A DNA stretch of 64,000 nt from Podarcis bocagei. Its lineage: Eukaryota. The notes under the pieces are model-generated. The model was given only the letters and a program-made list of their open reading frames with translations, made no database searches and was not told the origin of the DNA. The stretch lies in the NCBI GenBank assembly GCA_964188305.1, contig OZ076889.1; one strand, given 5' to 3'. This document shows positions 37,183 through 49,826 of the stretch, piece after piece. Within the stretch, counting starts at the first letter, position 1; the number at the start of each line of letters is the position of its first letter. The position numbers and the translations under genes are program-made.

Positions 37183-37552
37183 TGACTTAAGAGGCTCGGC
37201 AAAAGGACCAAGCTTTGGAGAGATCAGTCCTGCTTTTTCACCAACTCTCAGAGACCAGACTTCTACTTTATGCCATCAGGCACTACCCCGGCGGGGCCAC
37301 TCAGCACGAGGGTCCTATGGATGGCTGCAGCGAGATGTTGAGGAACCCAACCAAGCCAGGAAGGACATTGATGTTCTGTTGCCCAGACCTGTGCTGGCAG
37401 TGCCTCTGAAAGGGGGCAGGATTGCTTCAGCCTGCGGGCTGGCAGTAGCAGGGTTGGACCATGTCTTCCACCCCACGCCTCCTACAGAGCCATGCCCAGT
37501 GCCCCGCTTCTGCCCTCGCACTCGGCTGCTGCGATGCAAAGGACCCAGCTAG
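37183..37552 (+). CDS. CCDC24: CCDC24 last coding exon
   Basis: Polypyrimidine acceptor; phase-compatible ORF DLRGSAKGPSFGE...PTPPTEPCPVPRFCPRTRLLRCKGPS*. Confidence 0.78.
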
Positions 37553-40096
37553 GGAATGGAGAGCTGCCGCCTTCCCTTAAGTACCTCATTTCCTACTCCC
37601 CATGCTGCAGGGTCTTCAAGGGACCCAGCCCTGCAGCATCCTGTGCCTCAAGAGTTTCTGCTGTTGCCTTTTGCTCATCCTTGTGAACAGGGTCAATGGG
37701 ATTCCAGGGAAAGCGAAAAGGCAAAGAAATGCATACACACAACCTCCCCCAACCCATGAATGCAGATAAACTACTTGCAAGTGGGACCCATGCCAGTGAG
37801 ATGCTTCTTCTCCTTCTTGTCCACAACACAGAACAGTGGGCCTTGTGGCAGTGAGGCTGTGAACCCAACCCACACCTTCCCCATTCCTCCACGCACACCA
37901 AAGAACTGTACCACCCAAGGTTCAGGAATATAAATTTCATTAAAATCTATCAGACTTTAAAAATCTACAACTGGAAGAGTCACAGTATGGGAGACGTGTC
38001 ACAATTATTGCTATGAACAATGAGGCGGCAATGCTAGCTGCCGCCTTCGACACAGGAGGAAAGGACAGACACGGAACCATGCATTAAATAGTGCAGCCTC
38101 GGCGGAGAGGAGGGAAGGTCTGGGGGCTGGCGGCTTAGGGCAAAAGTACCATCATGGCATGAAGCCATCTGTCCCCCCTCTCCCTCTTAACTGCTCACGA
38201 TGCAGACGTTTGGCACTTGAACGCTGGCTGCTATGCCCATGCCACCGGCTGGAACAGGTACCACGTGGGTAGGAGCCAGGTGTGCCCTTGCTGTTGGCAC
38301 CATGGCTACACCGCAGCAATCGTGCACGGCTGGGAGCTGAGGGGCGCCCCCCCCGACATGCACTGTTTGGCATTGGTTAAGTGAATTGGCATCAGGGTAC
38401 AAGACAGGATTGTGGCTGCCGGGGTCTCCTGTCTCCTCCACCCAGGCATTTCTAGGGGGTAAAGTGCAGGCAGCAACACTGACATGGAAACACGGGACGG
38501 TGAGGCCGAAAGACGGAACCATTAGTACCTCCTACCCATCTGAGGCAGCACAGGCCCTGCTTTGTGTTAGGGAGAAAAGCCTTGGAGTTGGAGACGGGGC
38601 TGGTGCCGATGGCCAACTTCTCCAAAGCTTCACCATGAAGCTAGCAGCTTCTGCCCCCACTACTAGTGGAGAAGTGGGCCACATGGAACCCAGGCCTGGC
38701 CAGGATAGCCTTTAGGGAAGCTTGTGCTTTTGCTCTGTGTGTGTGTGTCTTTCCCACCTGCAATAGTGTGGGCAGGACTTGGCACATCATCTGCTCTTAG
38801 CACCATGGTTGGCTCTGTCCCTTTCCCTGTGGGATAGGGCAGAGCTAGGTCCCAATGGTCTCTTGCCTTTGTGGAGACCCCATTCAAATTAATTTATTCC
38901 TCTTAGGGGAAGAGTGTAGAAAAGTGCTTCAGAATAACAGGCTTGGGGGAGCATCCGGAAGATGCTGTCTAGACCAAGAATGCACACCTGGGCAAAATCT
39001 GTCCAGTGGGCTGCATGTGCTGCCCAGAGTCTGTGGCGCTGCCCGAGATGTCTATCATGGTAATACGGTGCATCCAGCCTCTCAGCTGTCGCTTTTTCTA
39101 TTTGTGAGAGATGCTGTTTGCTTATGTTTCACTCTGCAGGTGTGCGATTCTGGATGGTGTGCAAATAAGGCTCAATATTAAGATCAGAAGGGAGACAAGT
39201 GCATATTTTTGTTCATGGAGTTGTGATCCTCCCATGCTCTTGCAACCCAATTAAGGAGAGCTCTCCTGCCCCCTACCCACCCACCCCAGTCATTAACCTG
39301 CCAAATTCAATACATAGTTTCTAGCAGGAACGTTTCTTATCATGGGAGGCCATGGCGAGAAGTGCAAATTGTTAAGTGCTGGGGAAGCTAGCTTTCCTTC
39401 CCTAGGTGGGGAAGCTGGGAAGGTCTGTGCAGTGGTGGGGGGGGGGGAGAGGTGCAGTCTTAAGTGCATCTCTGGAAAAGCCCTCGCAGGGGCAGCAGCC
39501 TAGCCGAAGGCTGCCTAGCCTGTGGCCAAACGATGCCTAGAATGTCAGGATTAACATTTACAATTACAACCAACCCTCTTGCCCTCCCCCTCCCCCCACC
39601 CCAATCCCCCATTTGCTTATCTGTGGGGCCAGTCCCCAGGGCCCTGATCCAGGGCAGTATGGGGCATACCACCCCCAATAGATACCAGACCCCCTGGGCC
39701 CAGGTGCAGCTGCCAGAATCCACCCCCAAAGGGGTTGCTGAGCCAGCGAGGCTCCAACCGACCCTCCTCCTGGTGCCTTTTCCCAAGGCACCCCCAACGG
39801 TTCAGCCAGTGCACACCCTCCCCACCCCTGACCCTGGTCCTGGTTGCGAATTGGGGCCATCCGAACGTGACTGTAAACATGAGGGTTACAAGATGGCACG
39901 GGGGCACTAATGAGGTGGGTGGGGTTGGAACTCACAGCCCCTCCCCCAGAGTCCGGCGCAGCCCGGGAGCCAGGGCTCCCCCACCCAGTGGGGGGACGCT
40001 GTCATATATCTGAGCAGAGTAGGGTTTGGAGAACCAGGGCAGGTGGGAGAGGGGAGGTGCAAGGAGGGCTCCCTGCCCTGCCTCCCAGGCTCATGT

Positions 40097-40315
40097 TCAG
40101 ATCTTGGAGTCCTGGCTGTGGGTAGAGCCGTTGGTTCCCACGGTGATGGCAACAGCCACGCCAGCCTCGTCGCTCTTGGGCTTCTCGGGGTTCAGCAGCT
40201 GCACCTCCAGCTGGGACTCCGTGGAGGAGCTGAGTACTGGCGCATAGCGGCCTTTCCGGTGCTCCATAAGGGCTGGGCCCCACTCGCGGCTGGGACGGGT
40301 AGCGTTTTTCAAACG
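40097..40315 (-). CDS. SLC6A9: GlyT1 last exon
   Basis: [26 protein letters not shown]...[10 protein letters not shown]. Confidence 0.95.
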   Translation of the reverse strand, partial: RLKNATRPSREWGPALMEHRKGRYAPVLSSSTESQLEVQLLNPEKPKSDEAGVAVAITVGTNGSTHSQDSKI

Positions 40316-40422
40316 CTGCAGGGAGACAGGAGGCAAGGGAGCGGGTTAGTGGTTTCAAAGCCCTTGGCCATTGGGATCCAAGGCAGGGGGCGCTCGGCTA
40401 GCCTGCTCACGGACAGCCTCAC

Positions 40423-40593
40423 CTGCATCAGCGAGTCCCCTTCTGAGCGCAACACGCAGAACACGGCATAGATAGGGATGCAGATGACTGACGAGAGCGC
40501 CATAAGGAAACCGATGGAGATGGCCCAGGTGGGGTACACATAGGTATTGTAGGAGATCGGTCGGTACTGGATCACTGTGAACACGAGGATGAA
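40423..40593 (-). CDS. SLC6A9: GlyT1 exon (171 nt)
   Basis: [57 protein letters not shown]. Confidence 0.96.
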
Positions 40594-40943
40594 CTGGGGA
40601 GAGAGGGGAAAGAAGACTGAGTGATACAAAGCCCAAGAGGAGCAAGGGGGGGTGGCATCATGCAACTGCCCTAATTCCACACCCTCCTGTCCTCCTTCAT
40701 ACTGGTTACGCTTATGCCCAATGTTACACTCACTGCATCTTTGGGAACCCCTCTTGCCTTTGCATATGTGGTTCTTCCTCATTGGTATTTCCCTTGTCTC
40801 CTTCCTTGGCACTGTTCTCTCCTGTACTGGTGTGCTACCTAACATCTCCCTCCTCCCCCAACTCATATGCGAGTGGCTGTTCACAGTCCTCTCCCTCCCA
40901 TTCTAGCCCCCTCTCACTGGGAGTGTTCTCGTCACACACTCAC

Positions 40944-41044
40944 AAATATGATAACAGGAGAGATGAATCTCCAGCAGATTTGGAAGAAGATGGGTGGTGG
41001 GAAGCCCAGCATCATCTCAATGTCCTTGAAGTAGTTCCGGTGCC
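40944..41044 (-). CDS. SLC6A9: GlyT1 exon (101 nt)
   Basis: [34 protein letters not shown]. Confidence 0.96.
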
Positions 41045-42418
41045 CTGTGTAGAGCAGAGGCAAAGGGTGGTCAGAGGAGTGGCATAAACCAGAGATGTTG
41101 TAACTGGGCACTAGGCCCAGCTGCAGGTTTCCATGGGCCCTGTTGTATGTAGTAGGGTGTCTGTGGGACTCCACATTGTAGATTGTGCACTCTCTCCCAG
41201 CGTGATGGGTCTCTCTTCCCACCCCACATCATGATTCCACAGATTTTCCCTGCTTTGACAGGAAGCAGAGCACCAGATAGTCAGAGTTTGCCCCAGAGGT
41301 TCCAACTGCTTCATGGGAAAGGACCTGGATGAGACAACGGAGCTGAACCCTTGCACACAGCCAGTTCCAGGGTTGTGTTTCTTTTGTGGGGTGGGGTGGG
41401 GTGGGGTGGGAACTGGGCCCTCTAGTGGGTCAACTTCCACAGACAGCTAGGAGACACCTTTGTACTTTCCCACAATGCCCTTGGGTGCCTGATGTAGCTC
41501 TAGGGCACTGTGGGAAATGCAAAGACTTTCCCAACTGGATAAATAGCTGTTTACAAGAGTGTCCACTCCTTAGGGTTTTAATTGTATTTATTGTTATTGT
41601 GTTTTTAATTGCTTTTAATTATTTTATGTGTACATTGCCTTAAGACCAGTGGTTTAAGAAGGTGATCAATAAATTGTGGTGATGGGAGTGGTGGTGGTGA
41701 TGATATATTGCTGCCTGCAGTCCCAGCTGAAAGGCATAGAGGATCCAGAGCAGCCATCAGCATTGGTGGGCCAAGAAATAATACTGAGGCCTCAGCAGTT
41801 GTCCAAGATTCCAGATGCTGACACCAGGCCTGCTCTTGCACAGTTTATTTTCCTAGCAACAAGCATTTCTCTCACAGGCGAATGGGAGATCAGCCCAGCA
41901 TCTTGGACCACAGCAAGTGCCTCACCAAACTGACCATTGGTACAAGCCTTGTTGGACATGTTATCTTCAACAGAATCCATATCGCCCTGCCTGAGTGACG
42001 TTACTCCTATATGGATTTGGGGACTAGGGAAAACATTGCCATCATCGTTAGTCTGGAGAAACTAATCTATGGTGAAGGTTTCACAAGCCAAAAATGAGCA
42101 GAGAGTTTGCTGATTTCCCTTCCCAGGGGTACCACAATCCCTTTTTCTTGTTGAATATAATTTTTTCAATTTCCCTAACAATTCTAGGGTTCCTATCTGT
42201 CAGCCACACTGCAGACAGAAGGAAGATGTCTTGGTAGTCTTGACTACCAATGAAAGGTTTTGTTGGACTGTGGAATACCCTGCCCAATTCTGATTGAGAA
42301 TGCCAATTGCTGCCCAACTTATTCCTGACATAGCTTCTAAAAAGGACAAAGTGCAAACGGCCCATATCTTGACTGGCTATCCCAGAAGAAGCTTTCAGGC
42401 AACTCTCAGGATACTTAC

Positions 42419-42518
42419 CATAGATGTACATGATAGAGACACACATGATGCATGAAATAACGACAAGTGAAAAGCTTGCTGCATAGTTGTCCATTAACAA
42501 CAGCCAATAGATGCCAGC
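42419..42518 (-). CDS. SLC6A9: GlyT1 exon (100 nt)
   Basis: [33 protein letters not shown]. Confidence 0.96.
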
Positions 42519-42625
42519 CTGGAGAATGGAGGGAAGGAAAGCTGTCAGTATGGGCAAGACCTATTGCCTTCGGCTCAGTAAGGGCTGATTTCCCTAAGAA
42601 TGTCCCCTCTCCCTGTGCCCCATAC

Positions 42626-42760
42626 CTGTGTAGTGAGTGGAACCCCTAGAAGAAAGCCCACTACAGCCACACCTAGAGTCACAAAGGTTTTCCGGCGGAT
42701 GATCCACTCATTTCCTATTTCATCCACAATGGCTGTGACCAGAGTCTCCAAGAGGCAGAA
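42626..42760 (-). CDS. SLC6A9: GlyT1 exon (135 nt)
   Basis: [45 protein letters not shown]. Confidence 0.96.
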
Positions 42761-43538
42761 CTAAGGAGAGAATTGACCAAGGAGAAACAGGACATGAGGA
42801 ATGTTGAGATGGCTCCAACCTCTCCATCCACCCCCTTTAGCAACAGGGCCTGCTGCCTTCCTCCTCCACCTGAACCACTTCTAATACACTTTCAGGGTGA
42901 GGATCTGGACTGTTTGAGATGTGGCCCACAGCATGTGATCAAAGATGCTTTCTTTGCTCTTTGGGACAACATGGGCACAAATAACATTTTATATAACACC
43001 ATTCTTCTCTGTTCTTATTTTATCTGTAAGCCACATTGAGTCCCTGTCAGGGTAAAAGCTGTGATATAAATAAATACATGATGATAATAATAAGGGTTTT
43101 TTTTTAAAAAAAAGTAACTTTTTTTGTCTATAATAGGGATAGCCAAAGAGATGCCTTTCAGTTGTTAGATTACAATTCTTACCATTGTTGACCATTGGCC
43201 ATGTCACATGGGGCAGATAGGAAATTTGTAGTCCAAAACATCTAGATGCAACCAGCTTGGCTACCTATCCCTAGTCCCTAAGCATGTGACCCAGCTGGTC
43301 CTTGCTCTACCCAGTCTGGAAAAAGGAGAATTCATTTCTGATGCAGTGCCCTGGGTGATTTCTGTCAGACCCTCCATCACCCAGTTCTGCAATGCCTCAG
43401 ACACCAGTGCCCACTCTCACAAACCCAGCCCTCCGTTACTAAAGCACTCAAGTTCCCCAATTGCAAGTGTGTTCTACACAGGTGCCTATACCCTCTCTCC
43501 CACCCCACAATATCTGATGGGTCGATTTCCATGATTAC

Positions 43539-43776
43539 CTGTGTTCCCAGCCCCAGCAGGATGAGCATGAAGAAGAAGAGAACAGACCAAAGGGGCGAGA
43601 TAGGAAGTAGTGTCAGTGCCTCTGGATATGCCACGAAGGCCAAGCCAGGACCATGGTCAGCCACCTTGGAAACATCCACACCTAGATGATTGGCCATGAA
43701 GCCAAGGATGGAGAAGATGACGAAACCTGCATAGACACTTGTGGCGCAGTTGGTGATGCTGATGATGATGCTGTCT
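43539..43776 (-). CDS. SLC6A9: GlyT1 exon (238 nt)
   Basis: [28 protein letters not shown]...[38 protein letters not shown]. Confidence 0.96.
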
Positions 43777-44514
43777 CTGTTGGAAGTGGGAGGACATGTC
43801 ACATTATGAGATACCAGGGAAAGGGTCAAAGAATGAGCCTTGGAGGTGGAGAGAAGGAGAGATTATTTCAGCCAAGAAAAAATCACTGAATGAAGGAGGA
43901 AAAGGTCAAGCGAATGGTTTCAAGGTATCTCATGTACTTCGCATTCTCTAAAGCTAAGCACTTCTAACTCTCAACAATATCACCAGAGACCCTTTGTAGA
44001 GCCCCAAGTAAGCAGCTCAGATTTTTGGAGGAACAAAAAAGCGTAAGACACAAAATTGAAATTTTAAAAGGAGTAGGCGAAATCACCTCTTACTTCCCTT
44101 AACAAAGTATGGCTGACATATGTAAGAGGTAACTAGTCCACCATGTTTAATTCTGAACACATGCCCTATATTAGGGGTAGCTAATCTGTGGCCCTTGGAG
44201 TACATCATCCCTGACCATTAGCCATGCTGGCTGGGGCTGATGGAAGCTGGTGGTCAACAACGTCTGGTTAGCCACCTTGCCCTATATGTTTTGTTAAGGC
44301 TCTGGTGAAGAAATCAAGTCCCTAGACTTCATAGTTTCATGGAACAACTTGAAAATGGGCAGCATCTAAAATTGAGCACCTGAAAATGGAATGGGTAGTA
44401 GCCATAGATCCACTGTGGTTCCTGCATCTCCCTATAGACACCTTCCAGAGACAAGAACTATGCCACGCCAACAAATAGTTTCAATATGCTTTCTGGATGG
44501 CTTAATGAATCTTA

Positions 44515-44619
<105 letters not shown>

Positions 44620-44696
44620 CTACCAAAGACAAGGAAAGGGCATTACCAGCACATCGCCTTGCCTAGTTTACACAAGCCCCCAAACTCCTATGGTAA

Positions 44697-44740
44697 GGAG
44701 GGGAGGGGAGGGGAGGGAAGGGGAGGGGAGGGGAGGGGAA
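44697..44740 (+). repeat. (GGGGA/GGGA)n purine tract
   Basis: ggaggggaggggaggggagggaaggggaggggaggggaggggaa, intronic. Confidence 0.85.
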
Positions 44741-44820
44741 GAGGTGGTGTGATCATGAAATCCCAGAGATGATGTCCCGGGGGCAACAGCTTAAGCCTAT
44801 CAGGCATTCCACACAAGTAC

Positions 44821-44955
44821 CTTTGCATCAAGAATTTTGTCCCACTGCGGTGTCAGATAGTACATGATCCCAGTAACGGCTCCTTCAAGAGTTATCCCCC
44901 GCACAAATAAGATTGTCAGCACCACGTACGGGAAGGTTGCCGTGAAATACACAAC
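44821..44955 (-). CDS. SLC6A9: GlyT1 exon (135 nt)
   Basis: [45 protein letters not shown]. Confidence 0.96.
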
Positions 44956-45254
44956 CTGGGAGTCAAAAGGAAAGTTGGATGAGAACATTAGTTGGATGAG
45001 AACATGGCATCCTGTCCAGTGTTCTGTTGTCACTGCGGCCACTCAGGTGCTTGTGGGAAACCTTCAACAGGACCAGAGCACAGGAGCACGCTATCTGCCT
45101 ATGGTTTCCAGCAACTGGACAAAGATGTCTTCTTCCCCTGAAAACTTAGTTTCATCACTGTGTCAGTCATAACGGGCTTGCAACTGAACTTTTACTCCCT
45201 CTTAAGGAAAACTTGCCACTGTTGCTACTGCTATTGTTGAACGTTTCTTTAGTA

Positions 45255-45390
45255 CAACGTTTCTCAAACTTGCATCTCCAGCTGTTGTTGAACTACAGTT
45301 CCCATGATCTCAGACCACTGGTCCTGTTAGCTAGGGATGGTGGGATTTGTAGGCCAACAGCAGCTGGAGACCCAAGTCTGAGGAACACTG
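45255..45390. mobile_element. Short hAT-type MITE
   Basis: Related to the 17549 copy; 8-bp TSD ctttagta (45247-45254 and 45391-45398). Confidence 0.8.
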
Positions 45391-45717
45391 CTTTAGTACC
45401 AACAGTCTGTTAGGCAGCATGATTTTTCTGCCTATATCATGAATCTGTGTCCCCTGGTTAGTCAATGTCTAAGCACTGGGCACACAGCTCAGCCTCTTCC
45501 TAAGGATCTGGAAGGGCAGTTCTGGTTAGCCACCTTGCCCTATATGTTTTGTTAAGGCTCTTCTGAAGTAAGTTTCTCACAAGCAACTCGTTAGGCCTGG
45601 ATAAGAGAGGAGGGGTAGAATGTTTGCAGGCATTGGGTAGGCCATGTTGGAGGCCCAGAGAGGTCATTGTGCTTTGGGTTTCCATGGAGAAGTTAGAAGA
45701 GAAGGAACACTACTTGC

Positions 45718-45850
45718 TTTTCCTGAGGACTTGACACCCTTGATGAGGCAGAGGAAGACGACGACCCAAGAGACGCCCAGGCAACCCAGAAGAGGGAGCC
45801 GTACTTCGCCCAGGTTCCCAATGTCATCCGACAGCTTCAGCACATACCGC
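45718..45850 (-). CDS. SLC6A9: GlyT1 exon (133 nt) with GC donor
   Basis: [44 protein letters not shown] followed by gcaagt. Confidence 0.93.
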
Positions 45851-46837
45851 CTGGGATAGAAGACAGCAGCACAAACCAGAGTTCATATGTGCTCCAGAAA
45901 ACACACCCCAACCAATCTGTACCCACCCAACCTGCCCCCACCCAAAGGTCCAACCCCAGACATTAGGGCCGCTGAGATTGCCAGGAGTGACAGCCTATTA
46001 TGTTAAATGCTGGCATAATGGCCTTGTGACATTAGCTGCTTTGATCAAACAGTTGAAAATGGGAGATAGGAACCTGTGCATAAGTAAGCAAGCAAGCGAG
46101 TGAATGCACACAATTTAGCACTAGCCTCAAGGTTTTGGTTATTTCTAGACCACTTGCATCATGAGACTTACAAAAAGAAAAAAAATATCACAAGCATCTC
46201 TCAGATTCCTATGGGAACAGTCCATTTATAACCCTCCTCACAATATAAGAAACATTTCAGGGCCCGACTGGAGCTGAGGTCAATCAGAAGATGAATATAA
46301 AAACAATCCTCAACATATATTCTGTTCCAATCTTGTAATTCAAGAGGCACAATACACAGGATGGTTTTGAACTTTTAAAGTGAAAATCCTGCAGGCTCAT
46401 ATTCACACCTACTATCTCCATCCCTTGGCTCAGCAATAAAGAGCCTGCCTTCTAATTATCCAGATGTGCTTGTCTCTGGCTGCAAATCCTTAGACACTCT
46501 CCCATGATTTATGACAAACAAGAGGTTTCCCCACATTCATTCTGATGACCCATGAAACTTTCAGGACAGCTGCATTCAAAACTTCTGTGCTTGGTCCCTA
46601 TTTGGGGCAACATCTCTCCAATATCCAGCCTCCCTTAGAGACACCCAGGGTTTTGGTAACATCCTTAACACCTTAGGGAAGGTAAAAATAATTCCATGAT
46701 CTCCATCTGCCATATTTGAACCAAGATGTGTCCATGGTGGTCAGCTTGTCCTCTTGTGAAGCAGGCCCTCAGTTCCCGACTGACAAGCTGATTCCCTCTT
46801 CATCCCACACCCATTTGCCCCTCTCCATCATCATCAC

Positions 46838-47093
46838 CTCCAGTATTCCTCACTGGGGCTCGTGCGCTTGGCCGTCTGGTTAAAGAGTTGTGTGAAGTTG
46901 AGCGATGACCCAGCTGAGCCATTGGTAACGTCCAACACACCAGCGCAATCAGGTGTGTTCCAGTAGTTGCCGCAGTACGTCCAGGGTAGCACCCGTGTCA
47001 TTGATGAGAAGAAATAATAGAAGGCGATGCAGATCACAACGTTGTAGTAGATTCCAATGTAGCTGGACACAACCATCATACCATACCCAACAC
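46838..47093 (-). CDS. SLC6A9: GlyT1 exon (256 nt; TM3 + EL2)
   Basis: [50 protein letters not shown]...TSPSEEYWR. Confidence 0.96.
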
Positions 47094-47743
47094 CTGGAGG
47101 GAAAGCAAAGCGTGAGCACAGGTTGCAAGGGGGAGAGCTCTAAGGCATCTAGGGATGGGAGTTTGCAGCTAGTATGGACACACATACACTGAGGCTGTGG
47201 ATATATGGCACAGGCAGACAAACTGCAGCACAATTTGAGCCTGGTTATGCAATTTGTTTATTTATTATTTAATGTACTAAGATCTCAGCTTTCTGCCTAG
47301 TCAGCACTCAGGCCTGCATGCCTGCCCACCCCTTTTGCACATTATGCTGCTGCCTGCCCTCCCTGGTTCACTAACAGCAAAGGCATAACTGCAACAAGGC
47401 ACGTGGGATGCAGGTGGAGGGAGCAGACTGGCTGCACAGATGCTGCACCACGCCCTGCATGGTCTCCTGCACTTACAACAGGTGAGACTCAGCATGATGA
47501 AAAGGAAGTGATATTAATTACATGTGCAGTATTACATGTTCTGAATTTTGCTTTTGAACTAATTCTGCCCAGAGATGCCAAAGGTCCACTGCCCCAAAAT
47601 ACCGATGATCTGTTTGTCTTTAAATTGATTTTGCTCCTAGCAACTCCAGTTGAAATACAAATACTGTACGGATTTGGTTGCCAGTCCTTCAATCAGGCCT
47701 TTTACCAACAAAGTAAAGCTGTTGTACAGGAGCCTGCATTTCA

Positions 47744-48031
<288 letters not shown>

Positions 48032-48514
48032 TCAGGGGTAGAGCACATGCTTTGTAGGCAAAAAGGTCCATCTCCAGCATCTCAAGATGAAAAAGCTCAA
48101 GATGGGGTGTAATATTCATTTGTTGTACTTACATCCCACTTTTTCCTCGTTTACACCCCCCCCCCCTGGTGAGGTAGGTTAGGCTCAGAGGCAGTGATTG
48201 GCCTAAGGTCACTCAGGGAGCTTCATGGTCAAATGGTGATTTGAGCCCTGGTTTCCCCCATGTCCTAGTCTGAGGCCCTGAACCACTACATCACACCGAG
48301 GAAAGACCTCTTCTACCTGGCACACTGGGCTAGATGGACAAATAGTAAAAGGCAATTTCCTGTGCTTCAAGCCAGTGGAAAAGGAGCTTCAAAACCCTTA
48401 AGAAATGCAGCGATTTCCCCCAAGTGTCATATTCTGGGTGGGGAGAAAGCTGCCCAGTGTGTGGCATGGAATCCCAGTCCTCTCCTGCAGGAGGAGCCCT
48501 ATACTCACCAGATA

Positions 48515-49826
48515 CCGTATTTTTCGCTCTATAGGACGCACTTTTTCCCCTTCAAAAATGAAGGGGAAATGTGTGTGCGTCCTATGGAGCGAAGAAGCCA
48601 TAGCCCCGTGACCCTCTCCCGGCTGGAGAGGTGGCGCGCGGCTATGGCAGGAGCCTCTTTAGCCGCACACCACTTCTCCAGCTGGGAGAGGGTCGCGGGG
48701 GGCTTCTTTAGCTAAACAAGCCCCCCAGACCCTCTCCCAGCTGGAGAGGTGACGCGCGACTATGGCAGGAGCCTCTTTAGCAGCGCACCACCTCTCCAGC
48801 CGGTAGAGCGCGCGCGCGGCTAAAGAAGCTCCTGCTGTAGTCGCGCGTCACCTCTCCAGCTGGGAGAGGGTCGCAGGGGGCTGCTTTAGCCGCGCGCGCG
48901 CTCTCCCGGCTGGAGAGGTGACGCGCGACTATGGCAGAAGTCTCTTTAGCCGCGCACCACCTCTCCAGCCGGGAGAAGGCGCGCGCGGCTAAAGAGGCTC
49001 CTGCTGTAGTCACGCGTCACCTCTCCAGCTGGGAGAGGGTCGCCGGGGGCTGCCTTAGCCGCGCGCGCGCTCTCCCAGCTGGAGAGGTGACGCGCGACTA
49101 TGGCAGAAGTCTCTTTAGCCGCGCACCACCTCTCCAGCCGGGAGAAGGCGCGCGCGGCTAAAAAGGCTCCTGCTGTAGTCGCACGTCACCTCTCCAGCTG
49201 GGAGAGGGTCGCCGGGGGCTGCTTTAGCCGCGCGCGCGCGCTCTCCCAGCTGGAGAGGTGACGCGCGACTATGGCAGAAGTCTCTTTAGCCGCGCACCAC
49301 CTCTCCAGCCGGGAGAGCGCGCGCGCGGCTAAAGAGGCTCCTGCGGTAGTCGCGCGTCACCTCTCCAGCTGGGAGAGGGTCGCGGGGGGGCTGCTTTAGC
49401 CGCACGCGCGCTCTCCCAGCTGGAGAGGTGACGCGCGACTATGGCAGGAGCCTCTCTGCTGCGCGCCTTTCCCCGCTCCCCGACCTGCTCTTTGGGGCTG
49501 GTGGTGGGCTTCCTCCTGCCAGCCCCAAAGAGCAGGTCGAAAGGAACCTAAAGCCTGGAGAGCGAGAGGGGTCGGTGGGCGCCGACCCCTTTCGCTCTCC
49601 AGGCTTCCAAGGCGCCTGAAGGCGACTGAACGCACCTTAAACGGCACCTTGTTTTAGAGGGAGAAAACAAGAGGGGGGAAATTCTCCCCCTCTCTGCGCA
49701 GCGCCTCCTGCCGCTTCACTGAAGGGGTGCTGGGCAGAGAGGGGGAGAATTTTTTTCCTTGTTTTCCCCCCTCTAAAACAAGGTGCGTCCTATTGTCCGG
49801 TGCGTCCTATAGAGCGAAAAATACGG
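48515..49826. mobile_element. Non-autonomous Tc2-like element with internal ~170-bp palindromic tandem array
   Basis: TA TSD; perfect TIR CCGTATTTTTCGCTCTATAGGACGCAC; repeat units start at 48732, 48901, 49070, 49241 and 49411. Confidence 0.9.

Larger units (their letters stand above)
27194..37552 (+). other. CCDC24: CCDC24 coding span (8 exons, 1152 nt, 383 aa)
   Basis: Exons 27194-27349, 29100-29284, 32026-32133, 33984-34070, 35045-35099, 36403-36472, 36682-36802 and 37183-37552 join in frame. Motifs recognised from CCDC24 (PSLWxxVEE, LLEDEC, EPTxAEL); synteny with B4GALT2 and SLC6A9. Confidence 0.9.

Noticed and set aside
39460-40090. ORFs of 100-150 aa downstream of the SLC6A9 stop
   Set aside because: GC-rich 3'UTR with no domain or splice support.
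48700-49450. CRISPR-like or coding interpretation of the repeat array
   Set aside because: Eukaryotic intron, no unique spacers, enclosed by transposon TIRs; the ORFs are repeat artefacts.
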